A stretch of DNA of 64,000 bases from Camelus dromedarius. Lineage: Eukaryota. A program made the position numbers and the translations under genes. Below are positions 1 through 11,975 of this stretch, in pieces (the first letter of the stretch is position 1; each line of letters starts with the position of its first letter). Below the pieces are notes generated by a model. It was not told the DNA's origin. It searched no databases and saw only the letters and a program-made list of their open reading frames with translations. The stretch lies in the NCBI RefSeq assembly GCF_036321535.1, contig NC_087437.1, forward strand, positions 121,274,001 to 121,338,000, read 5' to 3'.

Positions 1-794
1 TGGAGAACGGGGGCCAGGGTCAGGTGTCCCCAGGACTTTGAGGCAGCTGTTCTTCAGAGGCCCTGGCTCTTCCTGTCCCTGTCTGGAACCGAAATGCCTT
101 CAGATGCAGTGACCAGGGACAGCCAACGTATATTGACCACTCAGGGTGTGCCAGGCATGGTACTGAGCTAGGATCACCCCACCCAAGGCTCACAACACTC
201 TGGAGCAGGGACCCTCATGATCCTTGTTTTGACAATTAGGGAGTGAAGGTTTGGGGGGTGGGGGTGGACTGCACAGGGTCATGCAGCTAGAGGTAGTGGG
301 GTCCGGATTTGAACCTAAGTGACTGAATGGCTTCCCTCCTGTCTGAGTAAGACCCAACTGACTACATCTGCTCATTTCATCAAAAGCCCACGGAGCCAAG
401 TTTTCATGGGCCTTAATTTCACAAACCATTTTTGACTCTTAAACATTCACCTCCTTGGCTAAAGGCACCACTTAGGAGAAGGGGAGGGGGCTTACTGAAA
501 TGGAGCTGGTGTGTCACAGGCTGGCAAAGTCTCCATTGAAAGTTCTGGTCAGAGCCAGCCTCCATCTCAGCCAGGTCCAAGGGTTTGGTGCCTTTCATGA
601 TGGAGTCTGGACTGTGTCTCCTCTACCAGAGGACTCCTAGGTACCAGGGCCAGCTCGAGCTGTGCCTCCGGGAGAGGGGAGTCTCCAGGGACTGGCCTCT
701 TCCAGGACAGAGATGGACAATGCTAGGACAATGGGGACCAGAACCACCCCCAAGACTGGCTGTGGTGTGACTTTCGGTAGGGAGTGTTTGGACC

Positions 795-950
795 CATCAT
801 CCATCCTCCACCATCAACTGTAAAACATAACATTGTTTTATTTAACACAGACACATTAAGCTACGACAGGTTACGGATGGAAGACACGTTCTTGTTTCAG
901 ACTTGTTAACATGTGAAGAGTATGTAACTTAGAATTGATGGAATACAGTA
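795..950 (-). mobile_element. MER104/Kanga-like Tc2 DNA-transposon remnant
   Basis: End CTTAGAATTGATGGAATACAGTA matches the recalled Tc2 terminal motif. Confidence 0.5.
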
Positions 951-1253
951 GCTAAATGTGCTAAAATAAGAAATTAAACCATGGTTCATTCATATAATGA
1001 AAGTCTATGTCACTATTGAAAGAAATGTGTAAAAAAAGAGTAATGATAACAGGAAAAGATGCTCATATGTTGATAAGTTTTTAAAAAACAAATTATAAAG
1101 CCACTGTGGTTTTGGATAGCCAGAATATCTGTATAAAATATTTTGAAAATCTGTTTGAAAATATCAGATCACTAGCAAAACAGAGAAGACTTTCTCTGAG
1201 GGGTAAAGACCCGAGAAAGATTTTTCCTTTGAGGTATGTGGTGATTAGTACGA

Positions 1254-1450
1254 TGCGTTAGTCAGCCCAGCTGCTGTAACAAAATACCCTAGACTGGGCA
1301 GCTTAAACAGACATTTATTCTCCCGCAGTTCTGCAGGCTGGGAGTCCAAGACCAAGGTGTGGACAGAGTGGGTGTCTCCTGAGGCCTCTCTCCTCGGCTT
1401 GTAGGCAGCTGCCTTCTCCCTGTGTCCTCACATGGCCTTTCCTCTGCACA
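1254..1450 (-). mobile_element. MLT1-type MaLR LTR fragment
   Basis: gctgctgtaacaaaatac...cagttct..aggctgggagtccaaga..aaggtg...tgtcctcacatggc motifs. Confidence 0.8.
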
Positions 1451-1825
1451 GACAGAAGGAGAAGGAGGAAGAGACAGACACAGTGCAGCCCCTAATAAAG
1501 ACAGTGGACAAGAAGTTGAGACACTAAGCAGTACTTCTGAGTCTCATAGGCTGGGGGAGACAATAACTGGGCAGAGCCTGCTGCAAGAATAACTGGTAGG
1601 AGGCTCTGATAATAACCCAGACCTTCTGCTGGAGCAGTGAGTCCCACAGCAAAGGAGTAAGGCTGAGGTGTAAAGGATCAGCCCTCGCAAAGACCGAAAC
1701 CCAGCATCCAGACGGCTCACTCCCGCACTGGACCCAGCTGACCTGCTCTCCTTCCCACTGCCAGCCTGATGCAAGGGAGCCAGGAAGTAAATGATCCAAA
1801 ACCAAAGGGGGAAATTGTATCAATT

Positions 1826-2080
1826 AGCTATCATATAAATACATATGTATTATTATATAAATATATTACATAAATATATACATATTATATAAATATATAC
1901 AATTATCTATTATATAAATATATAGTATTATATAAATTATATATATACATATTTAAATATACATATTATATAAATATACACATAATTATGTAATGTGTAA
2001 TTATATATTACATACATACACAGTATATAAATACATATTATATAGATCTGTAACTGTATATACAACTATACATACACATG
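1826..2080. repeat. (TA)n-rich low-complexity tract
   Basis: Direct inspection. Confidence 0.95.
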
Positions 2081-2940
2081 TAATCCACAAGAGAAAAGGG
2101 TATCGGCATTATTGGACAGATTTTAAAGTAACTCTAAAAACTATGTTCAAGGAAACATTATGAGATGGAAATTTTCATCAGATAAGCAGAATCTATAAAA
2201 AAGAATAGATGGAAATTTGAAAACAAAAATACAGTCACTAAAATTACGAATTCAGTGGAGAAGTTTAACCGCAGACCACACATGGTGGAAGAGGTGATCG
2301 TGAACTGGCAGGTAGGTCAGAAGAAGATAGAAGCAGAGGGAGAGGACTGTCCCAAGAAAGTGAGAAGTGACTTTCAAACCACTGCAAGAAAAGTAAGGCA
2401 ATTAACAAAACTCAACCGACCTAACAAAGTCATAGAGACAGATAAAGGGCAGCAGCAGAAATGCAAGCAGAAGACGTTCGTGCAGCGTGACCTGCGCTCC
2501 CCAACACCTTCGTTCTGGTTCTGTTATGATGCCATTTTACAGACCTGGAAGCTGAGGCACAAGTCTCAGATCCAAGGTCACCTGGTTAGTGAAAGCAGCA
2601 GAGCAAGGATTCAAGCAGATTAAACCAGTTCTAAAACAAGGAAGTAGAATGCAGCATATAAAATAAGAGAGTAAGAATAAATACAGGTAACCATATAGAT
2701 AGAAATGGGTTAAATTATTCTGTTTAAAGGCAGTGGCTCCCTACCTGGGTCAAAAAATGCAACTATGTTTATAAGAGACACAACTAAACATTAGGGAAAA
2801 AGGGTAAAAATAAAAGACAGAAATGCTAATAGCTGGTAACAATGTTCATATCAGATAGAGTGCGTTCTAAACCACAAAGCATTAAATGGGCAGAGAGGTC
2901 TATTACACTAGGAACAGGTCCATTCCACCAAGAAGCAGGT
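2081..2940 (+). mobile_element. Ancient L1 ORF1/ORF2-endonuclease remnants, interrupted by a MIR (~2527-2635)
   Basis: A-rich strand bias; decayed ORF1-like and NGLN/QETH-like segments; MIR core cattttacaga..gaagctgaggcac..aaggtcac. Confidence 0.6.
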
Positions 2941-2965
2941 AGGAAAATGCAAGTAGGAGTCTGCC

Positions 2966-3096
2966 TTTTTATTTTGCTTTGTTTGGTGGGGGGATTAGGT
3001 TGGTTTATTTATTTATTTTAATGGAGGTCCTGGGAACTGAACCGGGACGCTGTGCGCATGCTGAGCACATGTCCTACCACTGCCTACCCTTCCCCC
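2966..3096 (-). mobile_element. tRNA-derived SINE (Vic-1-like), diverged
   Basis: Reverse complement of the head and AATAAACC..CCTAAT tail seen in the other four copies. Confidence 0.8.
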
Positions 3097-3400
3097 TCAC
3101 TCTTTTTTAGGTGTTTAACTACCAACATCTCTAAAGCCTCATCCCTGCCTCTTTCTTCCCTACATCTGGGCAGGCAGAGAAGGGAGCCTGGGAGACGCCC
3201 TCTTTGGTACCCGTGGGGAATTGAAACCACACACGCACCTGCCTGTGAAGGGACCCTCACTGCGGCCCCAGCCCTGACACAACGGAAACCCCAAGTGTGT
3301 CTCCTTTCCTGCCTCTCCAGCCATTCTCAGACCTGCTTAGAGGCCCGTCCTGCTCTCCCCAGGAAGCCCCACTGTGTGAGGGGTGGGCTTTTCCACACCC

Positions 3401-3431
3401 TGTGTGTGTGTGTGTGTGTGTCTGTGTGTGT
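3401..3431. repeat. (TG)n microsatellite
   Basis: Direct inspection. Confidence 0.95.
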
Positions 3432-4239
3432 CCATCAGTCAACAACTGAACCAAATTTTGGGTGAGGATCCATCTTCTTTCTGAAAGGTTGACCCACGAC
3501 AAAACTAAGCATAGAGAGAATCTGAATCACATGGTTCATAAGCTCATGATATTTGCATAGGGAGAGAAAGTAAGGACTTGGAAGCCAACAAAAATTATGT
3601 AATATTTGTAATCACCTGTGGAACACTTGCAGTATGACCACATATTAGGTCTTTAGACAACCTCATTAAATTGTAAGCAAAATCATACAGAGGGCGGGTT
3701 CTGCCCAGGACGTAGAAAGCTGGAATGATCACCATCCCAGTCTAAAAGCAAGAAAAGCTGGACAACTTAGAAATCGTAGCTTTTCTTAAACCTATCGGAA
3801 AGCTGGGATGGCAGCCTTCTTGTCTATAAGCTTTGGGTCCCTCTCTAACCTACCCCCTATTATTAACCTTTCCAAGTCCACTGCAGGGCAGTGAGGAAGG
3901 TGGCCTTTCTCTGCAGAAACCACTCCACCTGGGCCCTTCCCTAACGAGGCCCCACAGCTCACTGTCCCCAGGCCCCAGACAAGGCTCAGACATCCACAGT
4001 CCACCTGAAAGATGCAGGTCCTCACCAGTTGTACTGCTGGGGTCTGGGGCACGTCCTAGACACAGACCTCATGCCTGTCACAGCAGGGAGACGAGACGAG
4101 GCTCCACAGGGCTCAAGGTGCGGGCGGGAGAGTGGCAGCCCAGAACACAGGCTGAGGGTCACCTCAGACGTGAGGCCGTGTCACCAGTCTGGGAGACAGA
4201 ATCCAGGGCTTCATAGGGTCAGTCAGCTCGGCATTCTGC

Positions 4240-4725
4240 ACAGCGATGCTTCTCGAAGTCTGATCCTGGACCAGCAGCAGCCAGGCTTCCTGGGAACGCA
4301 TTACAGGGGCCCCTGCCCAGGCCTGATGGGTCAGAGGCTCCGGGGTGGGGCCCAGCGTCTGTGTTTTGTGAGCCTTGCTGGGGATCCAGGTGCTGCTCAG
4401 ATAGGAGGCTACAGGTGAGCTGCCAGGGAATCTGGAGAAATGCAGGTTCTGACTCAGCGGGTCCTCGGCTGGGACGGAGAATCCGGAGGCCGATCAAGCT
4501 CCCAGGTGATGCCAATCCACTAAAATTTGGGCCAGTAAGGAGCGAGCCTCCAGGACAGTGGTTCTCAGCCTCGGCTGTGCATGAGAATCACTTGGAGAGT
4601 TTGGGGGGGAAAATGCTCATGCACACCGCACCCCCCCCCAGCCCCAGCCCCATGCACTCACTGCCTCTGGAGGTGGGGTCTGGCCCTGGTGGTGCAGGTG
4701 CAGCCAAGGGGGAGAATTGCCGCTG
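4240..4725. mobile_element. Cluster of MER5-type (hAT-Charlie) elements
   Basis: cagtggttctc-like termini and ggggtggggcccagc..tctgtgtttt internal motifs, about three adjacent copies. Confidence 0.65.
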
Positions 4726-5639
4726 TGGAGGGAAGGCCTGGGATCCCAGAAATAGGGTGTTGGGTGGACCTACGACATGCAGCCTGCTCGCCTCCCCTCC
4801 AGCCCTGCACCGAGTCAGGAAGAAACGCATGGGCGAAGTGCCCTCGGGGGCCGCCTGCTGCAGACCAGAGAGGTTGCTCTGGAACAAGGTCACCTGGTCT
4901 CCGTGGTGGATGGAATCCACCTTTCAGTGACATCGGGGAGCAGGGGGTCCTGGTAAGGTGGGTGCCAGGTGTCAGTACTTAATGCTAGGGACAGACTGGG
5001 AACAAGTAATAGTGTCACCTGGAAGGAGAGGAATCAGTTTCTGAACCCTGGGAGTTGTGATGGCAGGGCCCTGGGGATGAATCTGACTAAGCTGGCAGGC
5101 AGAATTCCAGGTCTTTGGGACAAAACCCCTCAAGTCACCACAGTGGGGGCTCCTGGCTCCTCCCCAGTTGCTTCCAAGGCTGGTAAGGGAGGACCCTGCA
5201 ATTAGCCAGGCGAGACCATGAAGTGGCTCTCAAGGATTCCCCCAGAGGGACTTGTGGCCATTTTCAAGGGTCCCTGTGTCCTGGAGCAAAGGAAACCCTC
5301 TGGGACCCTCTGAGGTTATTACATTGCTCTGAAGGGGCTGCAGTCAGCAAATGAGGTCCACTGGCAAAAGTGGGGCTTCGAAGGCCAGGTGAGAATGGGG
5401 TCTCACCCTGAGTCCAGCTCATGGTGGGCCCTGGGGGAACCAGAGATCCAGATTGCGGAGTGGACACAGGCACACTTAGTGCCTGATGGAGCCTCCTCAC
5501 TCGTCCGCCTGGCAGGAGGGAAGGGCTCCCTATAGAAAGGGCACTGCCCACCCTGCTGCCCAGATGGCAGACTGGAGGGACCACACATCCCTGGGAGCGA
5601 GCCCTGCAGGCCAAGGCCCCACTCAAGGCTCGAAGGCAC

Positions 5640-5983
5640 AGGGTTCCCCTAAACTCACATCGAAGCCTTAATCCCAGCACCTCAGAATGTGCAGTATCTG
5701 GAGAGAAGCTTCAATGAGGTAATTAAGTCAAAGTGAGGTTACTAGGGTGGGTCCGATCTGACCAGGTCCCTAGAAGAGGTGATCAGGGCACAGACACACC
5801 CAAGGGGGACGACCATGTGGGGACACAGGGAGGAGATGGCCATCTGCATGCCCAGGAGAGGGGCCTCGGAAGGGACCAGCCCAGTGACACCTGGACCTCG
5901 GGCTCCCAGCCTCCAGGCTGTGAGAAAATGCATTTGTGTGGTTTCAGCTCCAGCCTGCTGTGTCTGTTACAGCCTACTGACAC
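5640..5983 (+). mobile_element. MLT1A-type MaLR solo LTR
   Basis: acctcagaatgtg..gaggtaattaag..gccatctgca..ccagcctccag..ctgtgagaaaat motifs, ends ..ctgacaca. Confidence 0.8.
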
Positions 5984-6900
5984 AGCCTACAGCCCCCTGG
6001 ACCTCCCCGGGGCAGTCATGGGGCCAACGCGCCTGGAGAGCAGCTACATCCGGGTGGCGTGCCCATCACAGCTCCTGGCACCTGGGCTGCAGCCATGGGC
6101 CTGGTACCCGCCCCATGCCCTTCTCCCGCCTGCCAGCCAAGGTGATCAGAACGCAGGGCGCTGCTCTGACCTCTGGGTCTCTGTCACCTGCAGCCCTAGG
6201 GGAGCCTACCCACGCCACCCCTCGGGCAAGCCAGGCCTGCCTGGTGGACAAGATGCAGGAGCTTCTCGCTCCAGGCGTGTCATGACGGTGCTCCCCGGGG
6301 TCTGGCAGTCTGGAACAGGATGGAATGTCCCCCAAGAGAGGACAGTCGCTGCATGTTGCACTGACCACCATGAAGGGGTGGCCTCCATGCCTGGGTTTCA
6401 GTCACGTTGCCCACATCTGGGCCGGCCGTGGTCAGGGGCCTGTGACCACCACGGGCCGTGCGAGGAGGAATGGGGAGTCGGGGCACTGCGCCTGGGGGAG
6501 GCCGTCCGGGCGGGAAGGCGCTGGCCCGGCTTTGACCCTGGAACCACCAGCGCTGCACTCACAGCCTAGTACTCAGTCCCCTCGTGTCCTTGGAAACAAC
6601 TTGTGGTCATTTCGGGGTCTGGACCCCAGGTTCAGTGTCCCCAGGCAAGCAGGCTTCTTGTGGGCCATCCCCACCTCTTCTGCCCTGGACCAGCGTCCCA
6701 GGGGAGACCTCAAACTTTCCTGGGAAATGGGCCAGGTCTCCTGGGCATGTCATCAAGCCTCCTGCACTGTGGCTTCTGTTCCCAAGACCCCGTGTTGGGG
6801 GATGAGACCTCCAGCAGGAACCCAGGTGTGAATTGTTCCAACCTCCTCCTCCAGGGGCCAGCGGTGCCTTCCAGCCTCCGCCAGCAACCTTTTGCGGACG

Positions 6901-7290
6901 GGGTAACCGTTCATCATGCCCAGCTAACTGCTCTCTATACCAGGCTAACTAGTCTCCATGCCTTGCTGACCTACTCTTTATTCCAGATCACTTTTCATGC
7001 CGAGTTAACAATCCTTTATACTGGGTTAACTATTCTTTATGCCTGGCTAACAGTTCTTTGCACCAGGTTAATTACTCTTCATGCCTAGCTTAACTACTCT
7101 TTGTGCCTATTAGCTACTCATTATACCAGGTTAACTTTTTTATGCTGAGTTAACTGTGTTTCATTCCTGGTAACAATCCTCTATAATGGGTCAACTATTC
7201 TTCATACCAGATGAACTACTCATCATGCTTGTTAACAATTGTTTATGCTGGGTTAACTACCTTTTACACTGACTGAGTGACCTACTCTAC
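6901..7290. repeat. Degenerate 21-bp minisatellite, about 18 units, consensus ~GTTAACTACTCTTTATGCCAG
   Basis: GTTAAC/GCTAAC recurs about every 21 nt. Confidence 0.85.
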
Positions 7291-8103
7291 GCGGAGCTCA
7301 CGACTCTTCAGATGGGGTCCCCTCTGCCCCAGTCACTGCCCTGTCCCCCGCCAGTAAGCAGCAGGGCCGGCACCTGTCCCCTCCCCACGGCCCCCTGGAC
7401 GTGACTCTGAGATGGTCTGAGTAGCTGCAGGAGGCCCTCGTGATCTCGTGGAAACGCTGGAACAGGAAAGTGGTGATGCTGCTACCGGGGATACAGGGCT
7501 GGAAGCCATGAGGTCTGCACAAAGTGCCTCATTTTTACCCTCAGTCTGAGATCCTCATCGACTTGATCTGGCCAAGTGTGGACAGAAGAGGGGATTATTA
7601 AGTAGAACAAGAGGGACAAACAGGTGCCAACGAGGGATGTGAGATTCAGCCCCTTGAGGGGGAGCGGAGCCGGAGACACCGAGAGCTTGGAGGTAATGGG
7701 CCGAGGTCACGGGGGCAGCCAGGGCCAGGGCGGCTGGAGGGACAGGCCTGGAAAACGACGTCCTCTTGGAAAACGCCAGGCAGCGTGCCAACTCCGGCCA
7801 CGCCAGCACCCGGCCGGGCTTCAGGCCACTGCAAGCCCCAGCACCGCTCCCGCTCTCAAAGAAAACTCAGTTTATGTTGTTGACTGAGTGCCACTGCCCG
7901 CGAGCTTACAGAACTAAATCTGTGGAAGAAACTGCTCAAGAATGCTCTACTGACTGGATTTGGTGATTTATCCCCAGTCAGGAACTGCTCTTAGCGTTCA
8001 GAACTTAAACAACGAGATGTCTGCTCCGAGGCTGCAGGTTAATACATTCTTTAGCTCCGGGGAGAAAAGTCCACCCACCAAGCGGCTCTGGCGGAGACAG
8101 CAC

Positions 8104-8292
8104 TGCCGCCTCCTCTCCGTGGGCGGGGCCTCCTCCCGTGGGCGGGGCTTTCCCTCTGCGGGAGGGGTCTGCGCTGGGGGTCTGCGCTGGGGCTTCCCAA
8201 ACCTGCCACCTCCTCTCCGTGGGCGGGGCCTCCTCCAGTGGGCGGGGCTTTCCCTCTGCGGGAGGGGTCTGCGCTGGGGCTTCCTAAACCGG
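8104..8292. repeat. Two-copy tandem duplication (100 + ~87 bp) carrying four GC boxes
   Basis: Near-identical units starting at 8104 and 8204; TGGGCGGGGC x4. Confidence 0.9.
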
Positions 8293-10216
8293 CCTTAAGA
8301 AGACTGTGGCAATGCTCTGAGTGGAAATGTCTCAAGTGAGCGCAGCTCTCCAACCCTCGATGTGCCCAGTACGGCCCCAGCGAGGGAGGCCAGTGCCGTG
8401 ACCGGCTCCCGGCACCCCATCCCCACTGTCCCCGCTGCTGATGGGAGCCAGGGGGCGCACAGCCCCGGGGCCACGGGGAGGAGGGCTGTGCGGCAGGGAA
8501 GCATCTCTGGGCTCCGAGCCGCTGGACACACTGACATCCTTCTGACTTAGCAGCCAAGGGAAACAGGAGTCCGTGCAGCTTCCATCCTTCAATGTGTGCA
8601 GATCCTGGGGGGCTGTGTCCCCAGCAGAAGGCATGGGACCGGGGGTGAGGGGTGGCAGAGGACGACTCCTCACCCTCTCCCAGGGACCCAACCGGGAGCC
8701 CGTGCACCCTGACTCCATCAGGATTGGCTGGACACCTTTGTACCAGGGGACACAGTGAGATCTCCAGCCACCCAAGATGCCACCGTCACGAGTCCCTCGG
8801 CTCACTGAAGTGGGCACGTGGCTGGACAAAGTACTACAGTGGCAGCCGTGACCATGAGGCATGCAGATTCCCACTGAGCGTCTGGAACTCTGGGGACTCA
8901 GGGCACCTGCCAGGCCCCCTGGGGAGTGAGCACGGAGAACGGCCACCTGATCAGCCATCGCCAGGCCAGGATGCGATCAGCAGGGCCTGTGACCCACATC
9001 GCACAGCACGGCGGAGAGTAGGACCAACAGGGGACCTAGAACAGGACGAGGATGGGGGGCTTGGGACCCCCACACGGGCGACCAGGCCGTCCCACCCGCC
9101 TCCTAGCCTCGTTCCTCAGGAACCTCGGTGGCAGGATGGAGTCGCCTTCCCTGAGAGCCCGCCCTCCTGCCATCTCTGCACCCGGACTTGCACCCAGGCT
9201 GCCATCCTCCTGGACCACACACGGATCTGTTGCTCCGGCTGGGACGGTCCGTGAGAACTGTCTCCTCAGAGTAACTTGCTAAGTCAAGATGTTGGCAAAA
9301 TCACAGGGGGCCCCGTCCCTCTGCCCTGTCTTGAGAAGCATCACAGACCCCCTCCAGGCAGGTGCCCCTCTCAGGGGGGAATCTGGCAGAGGCTGCATAT
9401 ACGTAAAGCAGACATCACGGATGCTCTGACCCAGAACTCTACGTAGCACTAACAGAGCGGACCAGGAGGCCGAGACACAGACGAGCCCAAGGATGCCGAG
9501 AACCAGGTCACGGGAACGTGGCCACTGTGTACCCATCAGGTCAAGTGCAGGGCTTTTTAACCCTGCTCAAAGTGACCTGTCCTAAGGAGCAGACGTTGCA
9601 ACAAGTACTTTGTTCAGCATCCCTTCCTTTCAGAGCAGAGACCTCAACATAATCAGACTGCAAACTTCTTAACTGAATCCAGGGCACTGTAAGTTTCCAA
9701 CAAGGCCACGCCAGGCACAAGGCCACCTCTGCCTGGGTCCAGAGGTGGAGACACAACCTCACTCTGCCTCTGCCCCATCCACGCTAGATGTAGCCTGTAT
9801 CACTCAACACTCTAGAACGAAAAGCCTGGGGCTGACCTGCCCATGAACTTGACCCTCCACTGCATCATGCCGGACAGGCCCGCACTTCCCACGGGGACCA
9901 CGGATGGACAGGCTGACCTGCAGGACAGTGGAGTCCAGAGTCCTGGTGACTGAGGCACTAGAAAAACGGCTCAGCAGCACCTCAGAAGAGGGGAGACCGC
10001 TCCTCAGGACCAGGTACTGAGACCCCCGGGGTGGGGGTGCCAGGCCAGGGACAGTTCAGCACACGGCGCAGCCGGGGTACAAAGTGGGAGGTGCTGACGT
10101 GGCCCGCGGTGCCCATCTTCACCTCGACAGCCTCACCGTCCTCGTCCCCCAAGGAATCATGCTCACACCAGCCAGAAATGAAACACAGGGAACACAAAGC
10201 ATATTCAACAAAAGCG

Positions 10217-10222
10217 TGTATT
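10217..10222 (-). terminator. Probable PTTG1IP polyadenylation signal (variant AATACA)
   Basis: AATACA followed about 20 nt later by a GU/U-rich tract (tgctttgtgttccctgtgtttc); I saw no minus-strand AATAAA between here and the stop codon. Confidence 0.55.
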
Positions 10223-11928
10223 AAAGCCCTGACTGGAAACTGGTTAGTGATTAAGGCACTCGGACGTTATGGTCCCCTTGAGGCTACAGTGCGTGGCTTC
10301 TCCCAGCACATCTGAGACGGAGTGCACGGCCGAGACGCTGCTGCCCGGGCTGGGGGCTCCGTCCTACTTCCTGACTTGCGGCCCTGCTCTCAGCCCAGCC
10401 GCCGAGGGTCAAGGACGAGCAATTTTCCAGAAACTACCGTGTTAATATCGAGCTCAGTGAAGTCTACCACAAACTTTCTTTTATAAACAAAGAGTAGAAA
10501 GTAAAAATCTGCAGGCTGCTATAAAACACGCAGGGATGTTTCACACTCTAAGTCGCTATCAGATGCCCGAGAAGGCAGAGAAGTAGACTAAAGAGTTTGT
10601 TAAGGTTGTTTCTTAGTTTGTGAACGCCTGAGGGCAGAACCGTTCATTCAGACACAGAGCTGCGATGTGGACAGCCGGCCGCCCAGGTGTCTGGTGACGC
10701 TCTTACCGCGGTGGCTGTGTAGGCTCATCTGACGCTCTAACTCATGACCCGGAGTGAAGTGGGGACACCAGCCTCCCGCCTTCCAAAGCTCAGGGTTTCT
10801 CTAAGTCAAAGCAGTTGGGCAACTGGGACTATTTTCAGGTCTCTTTCAACAAAGGCAGCTCACGGTGACTTCACTGCCTGCTGTCCCCACCAGAGAGCAG
10901 TCGGACTACTGACTCAAGTCTCGCACCTTGACCTGGAAGAAGCGGAACCACTGCGTGCCGCACCCAGGCCCTGGACAGGCCCCTGAGCCCCCTCAAGAAG
11001 CTGCCTCTGAAGGAGCTTCTCAAATGTGCCCGAGACAAGGGGCGAGGCTGGGAGCCGGGTCGTCTGACAAGCGGGACAGGTGCCGGCATCCCCTGTGGTG
11101 CGTGGGGACCGTCCCACTGCCCGGCACACGCCGGCCCCAGGGCACAGAGCCCAGCGGAGCAGGTGGCCAGCACGCAGTCCCTTCCTCCCAAGGCGGACCT
11201 GCGGTCACCCACCATCCCTAAATGACCGTGGCAGACAGGCAGGGCGGGCCCGAGACTCAGGCAGCACTTGTGAGGGCGCAGGACTGCCCTGCTGACAGTG
11301 GGGCCGGAGCTATGATCCCCGAGTACCGCCCTCGGAGAGGCTGTTTCACACTGCAGGTTTCCATTAGCAAAGAATCTTGATGTTCCAGGAAAGATACAAA
11401 TTAAAAGCCATCCCGTATGTGGTCTGAACCTTGCTAGTAAAGTTTTCTGATGGAATCTTTTAGGTGGGAGAATAAAATCCAACAATTACTCAAAAAAGAA
11501 ATTTCAAAGCTACTTGGTGTGGCCGCAGTCAAGAAGCGTCAGGCTGTGTCCTGGGACCCGGGTCCATGGAAAGCCGTCTGTGGTTCTGGGGAAACGAGGG
11601 TCCCACGAGGACCTGGACGCGCTCTCCCTCCTGCTGAGCTGCGTGCGGGGCGGGGGACGGAGGGGAGGGGTCTGCACGCAGCTCGCAGACCAGACGGGTT
11701 ACAGGGCTGGATGGAATGTGCAGGCTTCCTCCTCAAATTAACAACCAAACAACAAAGAAAACCGTGACAGGCTTCCTCTCTCAGGGACTAAGCAGAGAAA
11801 CAAGAGAAAAGGGACAGAAGCTCACAGGCCTGTGCCGGGAGCGCGGCTTCTGACGGCCCCTCAGCCAGGGGCGAGGGCGGCAGCCCCGGGAGAGGCGCCG
11901 AGGCCGCTGGACGCGCCGGGGACTGCGT

Positions 11929-11975
11929 CTAGTTGTTCTCGAATCTCGCGTACGGGTTTTCTTCTTTAAACAAAC
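11929..11975 (-). CDS. PTTG1IP: PTTG1IP exon 6 coding part (YARF endocytosis motif, stop)
   Basis: ttccag acceptor, GLFKEENPYARFENN-TAG; spliced CDS totals 531 nt = 176 aa + stop. Confidence 0.97.

Noticed and set aside
2255..2623. 122-aa Lys-rich ORF
   Set aside because: Runs across L1 and MIR remnants with a non-ATG start; not a gene
6901..7290. CRISPR-like array
   Set aside because: Head-to-tail degenerate units with no unique spacers, no cas genes, mammalian context
7950..7981. Hairpin CTGACTGG...CCAGTCAG
   Set aside because: An 8-bp stem is expected by chance in 64 kb; too short for a pre-miRNA
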